From: Treponemataceae bacterium
GTDB taxonomy: Bacteria > Spirochaetota > Spirochaetia > Treponematales > Rectinemataceae
Assembly (NCBI GenBank): GCA_963678065.2
Contig: CAXXVZ010000002.1
Coordinates: 160,001 to 224,000, forward strand
Length of the DNA stretch: 64,000 bases
Reading direction: 5' to 3'
In this document: piece after piece, positions 39,410 to 48,888 of the stretch
Numbering within the stretch: the first letter of the stretch is position 1
Layout of the letters: each line of letters opens with the position of its first letter
Made by a program: the position numbers and the translations under genes
Notes under the pieces: model-generated
Databases searched by the model: none
The model's input: the letters and a program-made list of their open reading frames with translations, nothing else
Told to the model about the DNA's origin: nothing

Positions 39410-39443
39410 GTGAAAAGACCGCGGTTGACCGCGGTCTTTTCAC
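39410..39443 (-). terminator. Rho-independent terminator (bidirectional shape)
   Basis: GTGAAAAGACCGCGGT-TG-ACCGCGGTCTTTTCAC, about 45 bp downstream of the esterase stop. Confidence 0.75.
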
Positions 39444-39489
39444 CCCATCAGGATTATCCTGAGAGATATCGAACGAATCCCTGTCGATA

Positions 39490-41328
39490 TTACTTCACAA
39501 CACTGGGATCGCGCATGTACTCGATTTTTCCACCCACTCTTCGATACTTGCTGAAATGTTCGTCCCATATCATCCAGGATTCATCGGCGATGTTGTTGTG
39601 GGCACGTCCCATAGTGATGGAATAGCGGACTATGGGGACGCCAACCTCGTTGAACCAGAGCTGGTGCTGAAATCTGCCGCTTTTATAGGTATACGGCTTG
39701 TCGATATCGCCATTCGTGAAGCGACGCACCCAGTACGCCATGGTAGCCTTGAGGACGGGGCTCTTGGTGAACCCGCCTGGCCATATGTCGTTCTCGCCCG
39801 TGATGACCCAGATGGGGACCTGGCCCGTAGTGTTGATGTTGGCCGGCCATACGAAGTTGGGCTGGTCGATACCCATGATCGGGCCGGAGGTCGCGCCGAT
39901 GGCGGCGAAGGTTTCGGGCGTCTGCATCGCCACGAGATGGCTCATCATGCAGCCGAGCGACTGTCCTGTGAGGTACACCCTGGTCGGGTCGATATTGTAG
40001 GTGGCCTCGACTTTCTTCACGAGCTCGTTGAGGAACTTGACATCGTCGGGCCGAGTCGGGTCGGCGAGGGCGTTCCACTGCGGCCGAGGCACGCAGTTGG
40101 TGCCACTTGTATACGGGAAGGCACTTGGGAAAGCGAGAATGAAACCGCGGGCATTTGCCACCTTGTACCATTCGCTGTGGTGAGCGACCATGATCTCGCC
40201 CGTCTGCCCGGAGCCGTGATTGACGACTACAAGGGGAACCGGATCCTTGGAATCGCGCAGGGCGGGAGGAACGTATTCCCACCACTCGCGGACATAGCCG
40301 TCCACCTCGAGCTGAACCTTCCTGACACCTTTCTCCACATAATTAAAAGGCGGGATGATAGTGTTCTGGAGGCAGCCTAAACCATAACGGCTGTTCTTGA
40401 GCATATAGTCGGTGTAGATCTTCTCGTTCGCTGCCGGGTCGATGTAGTTGGTCTTCTGTTCCGTCACTTGCACCCTGCCCGCGACTATCGATTCCTCGAT
40501 ATCCTTCGCAAGACTCTCTGCGGACTCCATGTAAACTGTCGTCTTGCCGTTCGTGTAGCCAACCGGATCGCACTTGTCCGCTTTTGCCCAGTAGTCGACC
40601 GTCTTCTGGACACCTGGCGTCATTTCTTCCGTGATGATCCAGACCTGTGTCTTTATCTCGCTATTCATCAGAGCCTTGTTATGCGCGGTCGGCGTCTTGG
40701 CCATGGTCTGCATGTAAGCTTCAGGGATCTCGCTGCCGTCAACCACGACCAGGGCCGAGCAGAGCTTCGGGTTGCTCATGATGTACTGTTGCAGCATCTG
40801 GCCACCGTCGCCGTAGCCGATAAAGCGGAAGTTGAACTGGTTGTTGTTGTAGTACGGCCGGACATCGATGACGCGGGCGAAGGCCTTCGTAATGTAGGCC
40901 ACTTCGTCGGCCGCCATGGTGACGTTCCACTTCTTGTCGACACCTTCGAGAACGAACAGGAACTGGGAATACTTGTCCGCGATTGCCATCCAGCCACTCG
41001 CCTCGAGGAAGGCGACTGCGTCCACGCCCGAGGGCACGGCGACGACGATGTTGTTTTGCCCCTGCTTGGCGCTTGCAGGGATATAGACCTTGAACGACCG
41101 CTTCACGCCGTTGACATCGAGAATGTCGTCGTACAGTCCCTGGTAAACAGGAGCGTAGGCGTCTTTCGGGTTCAGGGTCTTCACCATATTCACGAAATCC
41201 GGAGTGGCCGGGAAGAGCTTCACCGCCGTTTTGGCTGGCGACAAAGACAAATCGCTTGCAGCCGACAGCGGGAGAGCCAACGCCAACCCGACTATCGCCG
41301 CCAGGAAATGAATCAGACCTCTTCTCAT
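39490..41328 (-). CDS. Secreted [degenerate hydrolase + PHB-depolymerase/CE1-like esterase] protein
   Basis: Signal peptide; first domain GYGDGG; second domain NHGSGQ, GQSLG, GEND, RAHNN. RBS AAGGAG before ATG at 41328. Confidence 0.8.
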   Translation of the reverse strand: MRRGLIHFLAAIVGLALALPLSAASDLSLSPAKTAVKLFPATPDFVNMVKTLNPKDAYAPVYQGLYDDILDVNGVKRSFKVYIPASAKQGQNNIVVAVPSGVDAVAFLEASGWMAIADKYSQFLFVLEGVDKKWNVTMAADEVAYITKAFARVIDVRPYYNNNQFNFRFIGYGDGGQMLQQYIMSNPKLCSALVVVDGSEIPEAYMQTMAKTPTAHNKALMNSEIKTQVWIITEEMTPGVQKTVDYWAKADKCDPVGYTNGKTTVYMESAESLAKDIEESIVAGRVQVTEQKTNYIDPAANEKIYTDYMLKNSRYGLGCLQNTIIPPFNYVEKGVRKVQLEVDGYVREWWEYVPPALRDSKDPVPLVVVNHGSGQTGEIMVAHHSEWYKVANARGFILAFPSAFPYTSGTNCVPRPQWNALADPTRPDDVKFLNELVKKVEATYNIDPTRVYLTGQSLGCMMSHLVAMQTPETFAAIGATSGPIMGIDQPNFVWPANINTTGQVPIWVITGENDIWPGGFTKSPVLKATMAYWVRRFTNGDIDKPYTYKSGRFQHQLWFNEVGVPIVRYSITMGRAHNNIADESWMIWDEHFSKYRRVGGKIEYMRDPSVVK

Positions 41329-41659
41329 AAAAAACTCCTTAAAAAAAGGATCAAGAATATTGCGTACAGGCAATAATCCACTAATCCACTGCCCGCAGAA
41401 CCTGACTATCCTGGCAGACAAATAATTTCCACGCCGCCAACATACTCGACAATTTGCGGACTTCATTGTGCAACATCAACAAGCAATCTATTTGTTCATT
41501 ACAGCCAACTGTCGTATCCTCCTCCCGAGGCATCTTTGACTTTGACAAAAGAACCAATGACGTCGCAACTTGCCATACAAATCTTGTCAAGAGGGTAAAG
41601 CTCTCACCGTTTATGCTGCCGCAACCCATCAATGTTTTGTGGGCAATTGTGATTGGACC

Positions 41660-41870
41660 ATCGGACGAGATTGTTTCCAGTTGCTGCAGGGTCTCCTTCT
41701 TGGGAGTCGTGCTGATACCACGATCAATGCGGAAACTCTGTTAATTAGGTACACGGCGGCTTCAATTCATCCCGGACAATCCTGTTCTCCAAAAACCCGT
41801 ATACCCAACGCTGTCTGGCGATCCCGCAATCGATCTCGACGATTGTTTCTACCGGAACGCTAGGCTCACT
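41660..41870 (-). pseudogene. Decayed copy of the 5' part of the GntR gene
   Basis: DNA similarity to 38860-39075, e.g. CGATCTCGACGATTGTTTCTACCGG, GCGGCTTCAATTCAT, TCCAGyTGyTGCAGGG. Start codon is lost and the frame is broken. Confidence 0.75.
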
Positions 41871-41879
41871 CCTTGGATA

Positions 41880-41949
41880 GCAATCGGACATCGCTAAGTT
41901 ATCGCCGATATATCGGTAATATCCTCACATCGTTCTTCAAATCTGTCAA
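41880..41949 (-). promoter_or_regulatory. Second copy of the GntR promoter/operator
   Basis: TTGACA-N17-GAGGAT-ATTA-CCGATATATCGG; GACATCGCTAAG is also conserved. Confidence 0.65.
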
Positions 41950-42312
41950 TAAATATTTTCACTCTTTTTACGAATTTCGACTTTCTCGTCAAAGACTTTC
42001 TCTATCGAATTGGGAGAATCCCATCTTCTTCAAAAGGCCCATTCAGGGGTGTCGAAATCTGCCACCAAAATACTGTCGCGGCAGCGCATCCGTGATATGG
42101 CTCGCACTGGATACAGAAGATCACAATGAGCCAGAAAATGCCCGCAAGAGGATATACCCCCTTATCGCCCTGAGCGGCTCGTCGACGCAGGCGGGCACAG
42201 TCGCTGGCAAATAGTCCTCCCGGGCTTCGCTCTCCCGATCCCGGAGGCCGTTTCCGTCATCCTTGAGCCCGCGAGCTGTACTTTCCCCCTTCCCGCCAGT
42301 ATCCTCTGTTCC

Positions 42313-43050
42313 GTGGCAGACAATTCCGTAACAGATATCGGGCAGCCGACAGAGCTTCGCGGCGCGGCCCTCCTCGCGCACCTACGGGCGGCCTTCGCGC
42401 GGCCCCTCCCCGGTCCCCGCGCCCAGATGCTCATGGCTCCCGGATACCGCGTTCGGGAGATGGCCAGGTCGCCGCGGACATCGGACCCGGCCGATATGCC
42501 GGAATACACCGGAGCCTCCGGCTCCGGGCCCCCGTACCGACATGCGGCCGTCCTCATCCTTCTGCATCCGGTCGGGAGTTCGCTGTGCTTTCCGCTCATC
42601 CGGCGACCGGAAACCATGCGACACCACAGAGGGCAGATCGGACTGCCCGGCGGCGGTATCGAGCGGGGAGAATCTCACAGGGAGGCGGCCATTCGCGAAA
42701 CGCGCGAGGAACTCGGTGAGGAACTCGGCATAGTCCTCCACCAGTCATCTGTCATAGGAGACCTGAGTCCTCTCGCAGTGCCTCACTCGGGATACATCAT
42801 CCATCCCTCCGTCGCCTATATCCCCTCGATTCCGGAATACCATCCGCAGAAAACGGAAGTCGCCGGCCTGTTCGAGGCCCGCCTCGACATCCTCCTCGAC
42901 CCCGCAAACCATCGCGTCGAAACGCGCAGATTCAGCGACGGGCCCTGGCCGGTTCCCTATTATGCCTTCGATGAGGACAAAGTCTGGGGAGCCACGGCGA
43001 TGATACTGTCGGAATTTGTCTTCATGCTCGGCTCGCGACCCGAGGCATGA
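42313..43050 (+). CDS. Nudix CoA pyrophosphatase
   Basis: AAVLILL, RHHRGQIGLPGG, Nudix box GGIERGESHREAAIRETREELG, VWGATAMIL. Confidence 0.88.
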   Translation: MADNSVTDIGQPTELRGAALLAHLRAAFARPLPGPRAQMLMAPGYRVREMARSPRTSDPADMPEYTGASGSGPPYRHAAVLILLHPVGSSLCFPLIRRPETMRHHRGQIGLPGGGIERGESHREAAIRETREELGEELGIVLHQSSVIGDLSPLAVPHSGYIIHPSVAYIPSIPEYHPQKTEVAGLFEARLDILLDPANHRVETRRFSDGPWPVPYYAFDEDKVWGATAMILSEFVFMLGSRPEA

Positions 43051-43148
43051 GCGGCCGCTCCCGCAATGAATGGATGACTGTATTTCCGGGACCACAGCGG
43101 AGATGGGGCGGAAGGACGGGCGGACAGGACTGCTCCCCCCGCCCTTTC

Positions 43149-44276
43149 TCATCTGTCGGGAGAACTCCGGGCGACGCGGGTCTTGCGGCGGAGAGGCTTT
43201 TCCATACCGACCAGGTTTTCCGACTCGTCGTGTTTCCAGCCAAGATCGGGAATCTTGCCGGAAAGGACGGAGACGAGCCCGAGAAGATAGGCGATGCCCC
43301 AGGCGGGCAGGTAGAGGACGCTGAAGAGGATATACGCGGGAAGCGAAAGCCTCGTTCCGAATTTCCGGGCGCCCGCGGCGAAATACGAGGCAGTCATGCC
43401 GAAGAGAAGGAGCCCCGCCAAGGCCATGATCGCGCGCCCGACAGTGTTTACCACGGTGTGCGAGGGGCCCGGGATGAACTGCAACAGCGCGGCGAGGGAC
43501 GCGACGATGAAGGGCAGCGGAAAGATAAGCCCCGACTTGAAGATGCCCGACGCGAGCTCGGGCGCTTCGCGCTTGACGCGGGGCATGTAGACTCGGGCCC
43601 ACAGTGGAGCGTTTATGGCCCAGCGGCGGCGCTGCTTGAACCAGATGCCGAAACTTTCCGGCACTTCGTTGTGGACGGTCAGAGAGGGCTCGAAGCCAGT
43701 CCTTGCCCCGGCGAAGAACGCTCGCGCGGCAAAATCCATGTCCTCGTTCACGACTCCGCGGAAACCGCCGATCTCCCTGAAAAGCCTTCGGCGCACGACG
43801 AAGGCGGCGCCGTTCATGGCGGGGCAGCGCCCCTCCCTCGACACGAGATAATCGGTCGCGATGACGTTGGCGAGAAATTCGCACTCCACCATGGATGCGA
43901 GAATGCCGGTGCCCATTCCCAGTTTGGGAATCTCGGCGATGTCGCAGCGCCCGAGGGTGGTCTCGCAGCCAGCGAACATCCGCATCCCGGGTTCCAGGCA
44001 GATGTCGTTGTCGAGGAAAAGGATGCCATCGGAGTCGGTCGCGGAGACAGCCTGATTGAGGGCTGCGGCCTTGCCCATGTGGGGCCTTCCCGCGATGACG
44101 CGGACTCTGGGAAGGCCGCGGAGGGAATCGAGTGCTCCGTCGATGGCGGCATTCGTCTCGCCGTCGACGACGATGACGATCTCCGAGCCGGGATGGTTTT
44201 CGGCCGAGAGGATGCGAGCTGTCTCGGCCACGCGCCGGGGGCTCGAGTATACGGGAATGAATGCCGTTATCCGCAT
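43149..44276 (-). CDS. Glycosyltransferase family 2 with C-terminal TM segments
   Basis: FIPVY, VVDG, GKAAALN, FLDND, NGAAF, NEDMDF, QRRRW. Confidence 0.88.
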   Translation of the reverse strand: MRITAFIPVYSSPRRVAETARILSAENHPGSEIVIVVDGETNAAIDGALDSLRGLPRVRVIAGRPHMGKAAALNQAVSATDSDGILFLDNDICLEPGMRMFAGCETTLGRCDIAEIPKLGMGTGILASMVECEFLANVIATDYLVSREGRCPAMNGAAFVVRRRLFREIGGFRGVVNEDMDFAARAFFAGARTGFEPSLTVHNEVPESFGIWFKQRRRWAINAPLWARVYMPRVKREAPELASGIFKSGLIFPLPFIVASLAALLQFIPGPSHTVVNTVGRAIMALAGLLLFGMTASYFAAGARKFGTRLSLPAYILFSVLYLPAWGIAYLLGLVSVLSGKIPDLGWKHDESENLVGMEKPLRRKTRVARSSPDR

Positions 44277-44336
44277 TGTTCTTTCCTTTCAGTACCGAAT
44301 TGTCAGAATACCGATTCCGCGATATTGTAGGCAAGT

Positions 44337-45500
44337 ATGCCCGAAACACCCCGGACGGACGAACAGGAACTGGCCCGAGCCGCCACTGCGGAACTGGCAG
44401 CAGGGTCAGGCGGCGAAGCCGCGCGCAAACCGAAAAAACTCGGCAAAAACATTCTGATCGCCGTCCTGGCCGGACTGTTCATCAACACGCTCTTCGGTCT
44501 CCTCCTCGACTACAAGGAACTGCTCGCCACACTCTCCCGCGTGCGTGTGTGGCAGATCGCCCTGCCATTTTTCACCATAGTTCTGGTGTATATCATAGAC
44601 TCTCTCAGATATCTCCTGGTATTCCGGCAATTCCATGTCAGGCTGTCATTTCTTGATGCATTCTACAACAACATCATCGGATATTTCATCAGCGGAATAA
44701 CGCCGAGCTCTGCCGGCGGACAGCCATTTCAGGTCTACCACTTCACCAAGCTCGGGCTGGACTCGACGGCATCGACGAACATCGTGTTCTCCCGCCTCAT
44801 GGTGGCGAACCTGGCACAGCTCGCCGTCGTCATCATCTTCATCCGGAACGGCATCAACCTTTTGGGAACCGCCGGCAATGGCGTCTACATCCTCGGCCTC
44901 GGCATGCTGACGACGATCGCGGTCAGCGTCATCCTCTTCTTCGTGTTCGTGAAGCCGAGCATCCTCGGCCAGCTCGCCCTCAAAATCGAGGGAACGAAGC
45001 TGGGGCACTTCATCAGCCACCGGACCCGCGATGAACACTGGGCGGAAAAGATGTCGACCTGGAGCTTCGGCCTGCGCGATAGTTTCCGCTACCTCTGGGC
45101 CGGCCGGACATGGACCATGATACTCGATCTGATCCTCTTCGGGTTCGACCAGGTCATCTGGGCCTTCGGACTGTACTATCCCCTCATCGCCCTCGCGGGA
45201 ACTCCGATCCATTTCGGCGGATTCCTCTTCGCCTTCATCCTCTGCGGCCTCGTGTCGGCCTACGTTCCCACCCCGGGAGCCTCGGGCAGCATCGAAACCG
45301 CCTACGCCCTCGTCCTCGGCGGCGTGACGGGCTCCCCTGGCGCCGCGCTGAGCGCCATCATCCTGTGGCGTCTGGGCTCCTACTACCTCCACCTCATCGT
45401 GGGCGGGCTCGTCTACTCCCTCGTTCCGGTCGCCCGCGGATGCTACGCGAAGGGCGCCGACGGCACGGTGCGGAAGATCAGCGTCCCTTCCAGTCCCTGA
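44337..45500 (+). CDS. Lysylphosphatidylglycerol-synthase-TM (flippase-like) membrane protein
   Basis: ITPSSAGGQP, VPTPGASGSIE, LWRLGSYY; multiple TM segments. Confidence 0.85.
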   Translation: MPETPRTDEQELARAATAELAAGSGGEAARKPKKLGKNILIAVLAGLFINTLFGLLLDYKELLATLSRVRVWQIALPFFTIVLVYIIDSLRYLLVFRQFHVRLSFLDAFYNNIIGYFISGITPSSAGGQPFQVYHFTKLGLDSTASTNIVFSRLMVANLAQLAVVIIFIRNGINLLGTAGNGVYILGLGMLTTIAVSVILFFVFVKPSILGQLALKIEGTKLGHFISHRTRDEHWAEKMSTWSFGLRDSFRYLWAGRTWTMILDLILFGFDQVIWAFGLYYPLIALAGTPIHFGGFLFAFILCGLVSAYVPTPGASGSIETAYALVLGGVTGSPGAALSAIILWRLGSYYLHLIVGGLVYSLVPVARGCYAKGADGTVRKISVPSSP

Positions 45501-46701
45501 GGATGGCGCGGTAGCGCTCCCCCACCTCCCCGATCACGCTCTCCCACGACCTGTACAGGGTGGAGTAGGCTCCGAGGCCTGCCATCCTCCGCGAGTCAGG
45601 GTCGGCGAGGGCGGCGGCCAGGCGCCTGGCCATGCCCTGTGCGCTGTTTTCGGCGAGGAAACCGTTCTTCCCGTCCACGACGCCCTGCGCGGTGGTCGAC
45701 CCTGAGACGAGAAGGGTCGGAAGGCGCATGCCCGCCGCCTCCTTCACGATGAGACTCGACGTGTCGTACAGGGAGGGGAAGTAGAGTATATCGGCCCGCG
45801 CGTAAGCCCGTTTGATGAGCTCGCGGTCGCGCACGACGCCCTTGAACAGAACCTTGTCGCCGAGGCCCAGTTCCGCGACCCTGGCTTCGAGCGCCTCCCT
45901 GTGGTAGCCGCCGCCGATGAAGACCATCCGGAAGTCCGTGCCTCCGGCGGAGAGGAGCCCCAGAGAATCGACGAGGAGATCCAGGTTCTTTTCCTTTATG
46001 TGCTGCCCGATGTACAGGAGGACGGGCAGGCCGGATGGCAGGCCGAGGAACTTCTCGCCCTCGGCGCGGAGCATCGGCAGCTCCTCCTCGTCGACGATGA
46101 GGTCCGTCCCGTTGGGCATAACCTCGATCGGGCCCTTGTATCCGTAAGAGCGGAGAGTCTCGATCGTCTCGGAGCTCGGCACCCAGACGAAATCGACGGA
46201 GTTGTAGAAGAGCACCAGCCTGAACACGGCTATGTCGACGAGGAGCTTTCCCTTCAGGGATTGCTGGAAATCCTCCCGGTACTTGGTGTGGAAGGTTGCG
46301 ACGAGAGGAATCTTCTTGACGGTCGCAACGCGTTTGGCGAGCTCTCCCGAAGTGAAGGGGCAGTGGGCGTGCACGAGCGAAAACGGTATGTCGAATACGT
46401 TCGTGGAGAGCCGCTCCCTCAGATTATCTCCGCGCCGGCGCTTTTCGTGGACCTCCCCGACGAAATTCATGCCGAAGCGGTATGGAGGCCGCGCGTGGAG
46501 GGGCAGGGAGAAATAGCGGTAGACGGGAAATTCTTCCGAGTCGTAGTAGTCGGGCATGTCGGGAGTGACTACGCAGGAGGGTCCGACGAGGCGGTTCAGC
46601 CAGTGGGCATAATTCTTCGTCACCATGGCGACCCCGTCGGTGATGGGAGCGTAGGAGTCGTTGAATATGCCGGTTACCAGCTCCTCCTTTTCCCCGATCA
46701 C
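45478..46701 (-). CDS. GT4 glycosyltransferase, diacylglycerol glycosyltransferase-like
   Basis: FNDSYAPITDGV, HAHCPF, ATFHTKY, PNGTD, GQHIKEKN, FPSLYDTSSLIVKEAA. Confidence 0.85.
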   Translation of the reverse strand: MIGEKEELVTGIFNDSYAPITDGVAMVTKNYAHWLNRLVGPSCVVTPDMPDYYDSEEFPVYRYFSLPLHARPPYRFGMNFVGEVHEKRRRGDNLRERLSTNVFDIPFSLVHAHCPFTSGELAKRVATVKKIPLVATFHTKYREDFQQSLKGKLLVDIAVFRLVLFYNSVDFVWVPSSETIETLRSYGYKGPIEVMPNGTDLIVDEEELPMLRAEGEKFLGLPSGLPVLLYIGQHIKEKNLDLLVDSLGLLSAGGTDFRMVFIGGGYHREALEARVAELGLGDKVLFKGVVRDRELIKRAYARADILYFPSLYDTSSLIVKEAAGMRLPTLLVSGSTTAQGVVDGKNGFLAENSAQGMARRLAAALADPDSRRMAGLGAYSTLYRSWESVIGEVGERYRAILRDWKGR

Positions 46702-47798
46702 AGGTCGGCCACCTTTTTCATGACCGCGGCCACGACCTGGTCCATGTTGTAGTACTGGTATTCGGCCAGTCGCCCGATGAAGAGATGAGTCCCGGCGGAT
46801 TCAAGGGCAGCCGCATCCTTCATGTAGGACTCGCGCCGGGCGAGATTGTCCTCGGTCATGACGATGTAGAAAGGTTCGCCCTCCTGTTTCGGGTACTCGA
46901 AGCAGACTGTCGTCTTGGACGACTTCTCGTCGAGGAAGGTCTTGTACTCGGAAATCCTCGTCCAGTCGTAGTCGTTGGGGTAGTTGACGACAGGGGCCTC
47001 CTGGTAGCGCTCCATGTCGAAGGTCTTGTTGACGAGTTCGAGAGAGCGGTACTCGAGTTTCCCGTAGCGGAAATCGAAGAAGCGGTCGAGCTCTCCGGTA
47101 AAGACCGTCAGATCCGCTCCGATCTCCGGTCCGACCTCGAACCAGTCCGCTCCGAGGAGTACGGAGATGCGGGGGTGGTCCAGCATGGAGTTGACCATGG
47201 CCGTGTAGCCGCGTGCGGGAATGCCCTGGTAGCGGTCGGAGAAATAGCGCCCGTCGCGGTTGGAGCGGACGGGGATGCGTTTGGCTACCTCGGCGGAGAG
47301 AAGCTCAGGATCGCGCTCCCACTGCTTGCGGGTGTAGTTCTCGAAAAAGAGCTTGTAGAGCCTCTCCCCCACCTGGGAGACGACGGCGTCGCGGAAGTTG
47401 CGGGGAGGGTTGTTGAAGGTCGAGTGCTCCACCTGGGCGAGGAGGAAGTCCTCCACCTCGTCGACGCCGATCGTGATGCCGAAGACCTCCCTGACGGTGT
47501 CGACATTGATCGGGAAGGGAATGAGACGGCCGTCGGCGTAGGAGAGCACCCTGTGCTGGAAAAAGTGGAATTCAGTGAAACGGTTCAGGAATTTCCAGAC
47601 TTCGGCCTTGTTCGTGTGAAAGATGTGGGGTCCATACGTGTGGACGGTGATTCCGTGTTCGTTGCGCTCGTCGTGGCAGTGGCCGGCGAGGTGCCGGTGC
47701 TGCTCTACGACGAGGACTCGCTTACCCTTCTCGGCGAGAATCCTCGCGGCGGTGGCTCCGGCCAGGCCGGCCCCAACAACTGCTACGTCATATTTCAT
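46698..47798 (-). CDS. glf: UDP-galactopyranose mutase
   Basis: GAGLAG, HTYGPHIFHT, YTRKQW, LEYRSL, NYPND, GRLAEYQYYNMDQ. Confidence 0.95.
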   Translation of the reverse strand: MKYDVAVVGAGLAGATAARILAEKGKRVLVVEQHRHLAGHCHDERNEHGITVHTYGPHIFHTNKAEVWKFLNRFTEFHFFQHRVLSYADGRLIPFPINVDTVREVFGITIGVDEVEDFLLAQVEHSTFNNPPRNFRDAVVSQVGERLYKLFFENYTRKQWERDPELLSAEVAKRIPVRSNRDGRYFSDRYQGIPARGYTAMVNSMLDHPRISVLLGADWFEVGPEIGADLTVFTGELDRFFDFRYGKLEYRSLELVNKTFDMERYQEAPVVNYPNDYDWTRISEYKTFLDEKSSKTTVCFEYPKQEGEPFYIVMTEDNLARRESYMKDAAALESAGTHLFIGRLAEYQYYNMDQVVAAVMKKVADL

Positions 47799-47999
47799 CG
47801 GTGCGGGTACTCCTCTAAAGCTTTCCCAGGGTAGAAGCGGACTGGCATCATGTCATCGGGACCCTGCAGCTTTCCCGGATACGATCTTTTGCTGCTTCCA
47901 TCCATTATACCGGCAAAACCGGAGCTCGGAAACCGGTCTCTCGCGGCACCATGAATATACCTCGGGACAGGCCCGGAAACACCGGAATACGCCGCAGGT

Positions 48000-48881
48000 T
48001 CACGCTCCTCCGATCATGAAGCAGCGCATGCCCATGGAAGCGTTCTGGATCGACTCGTGAAAATACTGCACAGGCTCCCCATCCTCCCGGAGGGCAAGCG
48101 CATAGAGCATCGGCAGATAGTGCTCGTTCGTCCGGAAGGCCCGCCGCGAAGCGGCGTTCGGTCCGCCGAATCCGATCAGGGTTTCGGTGTCTGTGGCGTC
48201 GATCTTCTCTTTCACAAGAGCATCGAAGGCGATGGCCCAGGGCAGGGCTTCGGCATTGTCGTCGAAGTCGACCTCGTCGAAGCTGTGGACGATGTTGCCC
48301 GAGCCCACGACAAGGACGCCCTCCTCCCTGAGAGGAGCGAGTCGCTGCGCGAATTCGAAACCCGCTCCGGGAGAAAGTCCTGCGTCGAGGCTCAGCTGGA
48401 GGACCGGGATGTCTTGCGCCGGATACATGTGGTGGAGGACTGACCATGCCCCGTGGTCGATCCCGCGTCCCGGATCAGGAAGAACCGTGGAGCCAGAGCC
48501 GGAGAGTGTTGCCGCGATATGTTCCGCGAGCCGTGGGTCTCCGGGCGCGCTGTAGGAGACCTTGTACAGCTCGGGAGGGAAGCCGGAAAAATCGTAGATC
48601 TGCTTCGGCCGCGGAGAGGAGGTTACGAAGCTGCCGCGCGATTGCCAGTGGGCGGACACGACGAGTATGGACTCGGGCTTCGGCAGCCGCGCCGCCACGG
48701 CCACGAGATCCCGCGTGAAATCGTTGTCCGCGACAATGTTCATGGGAGAACCGTGGGCCGAGAACAGGACAGGCATGCGAGAGCGGCGCGGGCTCGTTCC
48801 GGCATCGATACCGGCATGCGCGCCGACCTTGGCATCGGCGCTGGCGTTGGCGTTGGCGTTCATGTGATGCTCCTCGTTCAT
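48000..48881 (-). CDS. ygiD: 4,5-DOPA extradiol dioxygenase-like (LigB family)
   Basis: MPVLFSAHGSPM, VSAHW, IYDFSGFP, GIDHGAW, GSGNIVH, EHYLP; low-complexity N-terminal extension. Confidence 0.85.
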   Translation of the reverse strand: MNEEHHMNANANASADAKVGAHAGIDAGTSPRRSRMPVLFSAHGSPMNIVADNDFTRDLVAVAARLPKPESILVVSAHWQSRGSFVTSSPRPKQIYDFSGFPPELYKVSYSAPGDPRLAEHIAATLSGSGSTVLPDPGRGIDHGAWSVLHHMYPAQDIPVLQLSLDAGLSPGAGFEFAQRLAPLREEGVLVVGSGNIVHSFDEVDFDDNAEALPWAIAFDALVKEKIDATDTETLIGFGGPNAASRRAFRTNEHYLPMLYALALREDGEPVQYFHESIQNASMGMRCFMIGGA

Positions 48882-48888
48882 GGCGACT

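Noticed and set aside
48832..48860. (AACGCC)n microsatellite at the ygiD 5' end
   Set aside because: Only about three in-frame 6-bp units in a low-complexity extension; no evidence of phase variation.
48000..48881. LigB-family dioxygenase as part of a gallate/protocatechuate route to the CHA aldolase
   Set aside because: It is the widespread YgiD type, lies outside the accessory region among unrelated genes, and no LigC/I/J-like genes are seen.
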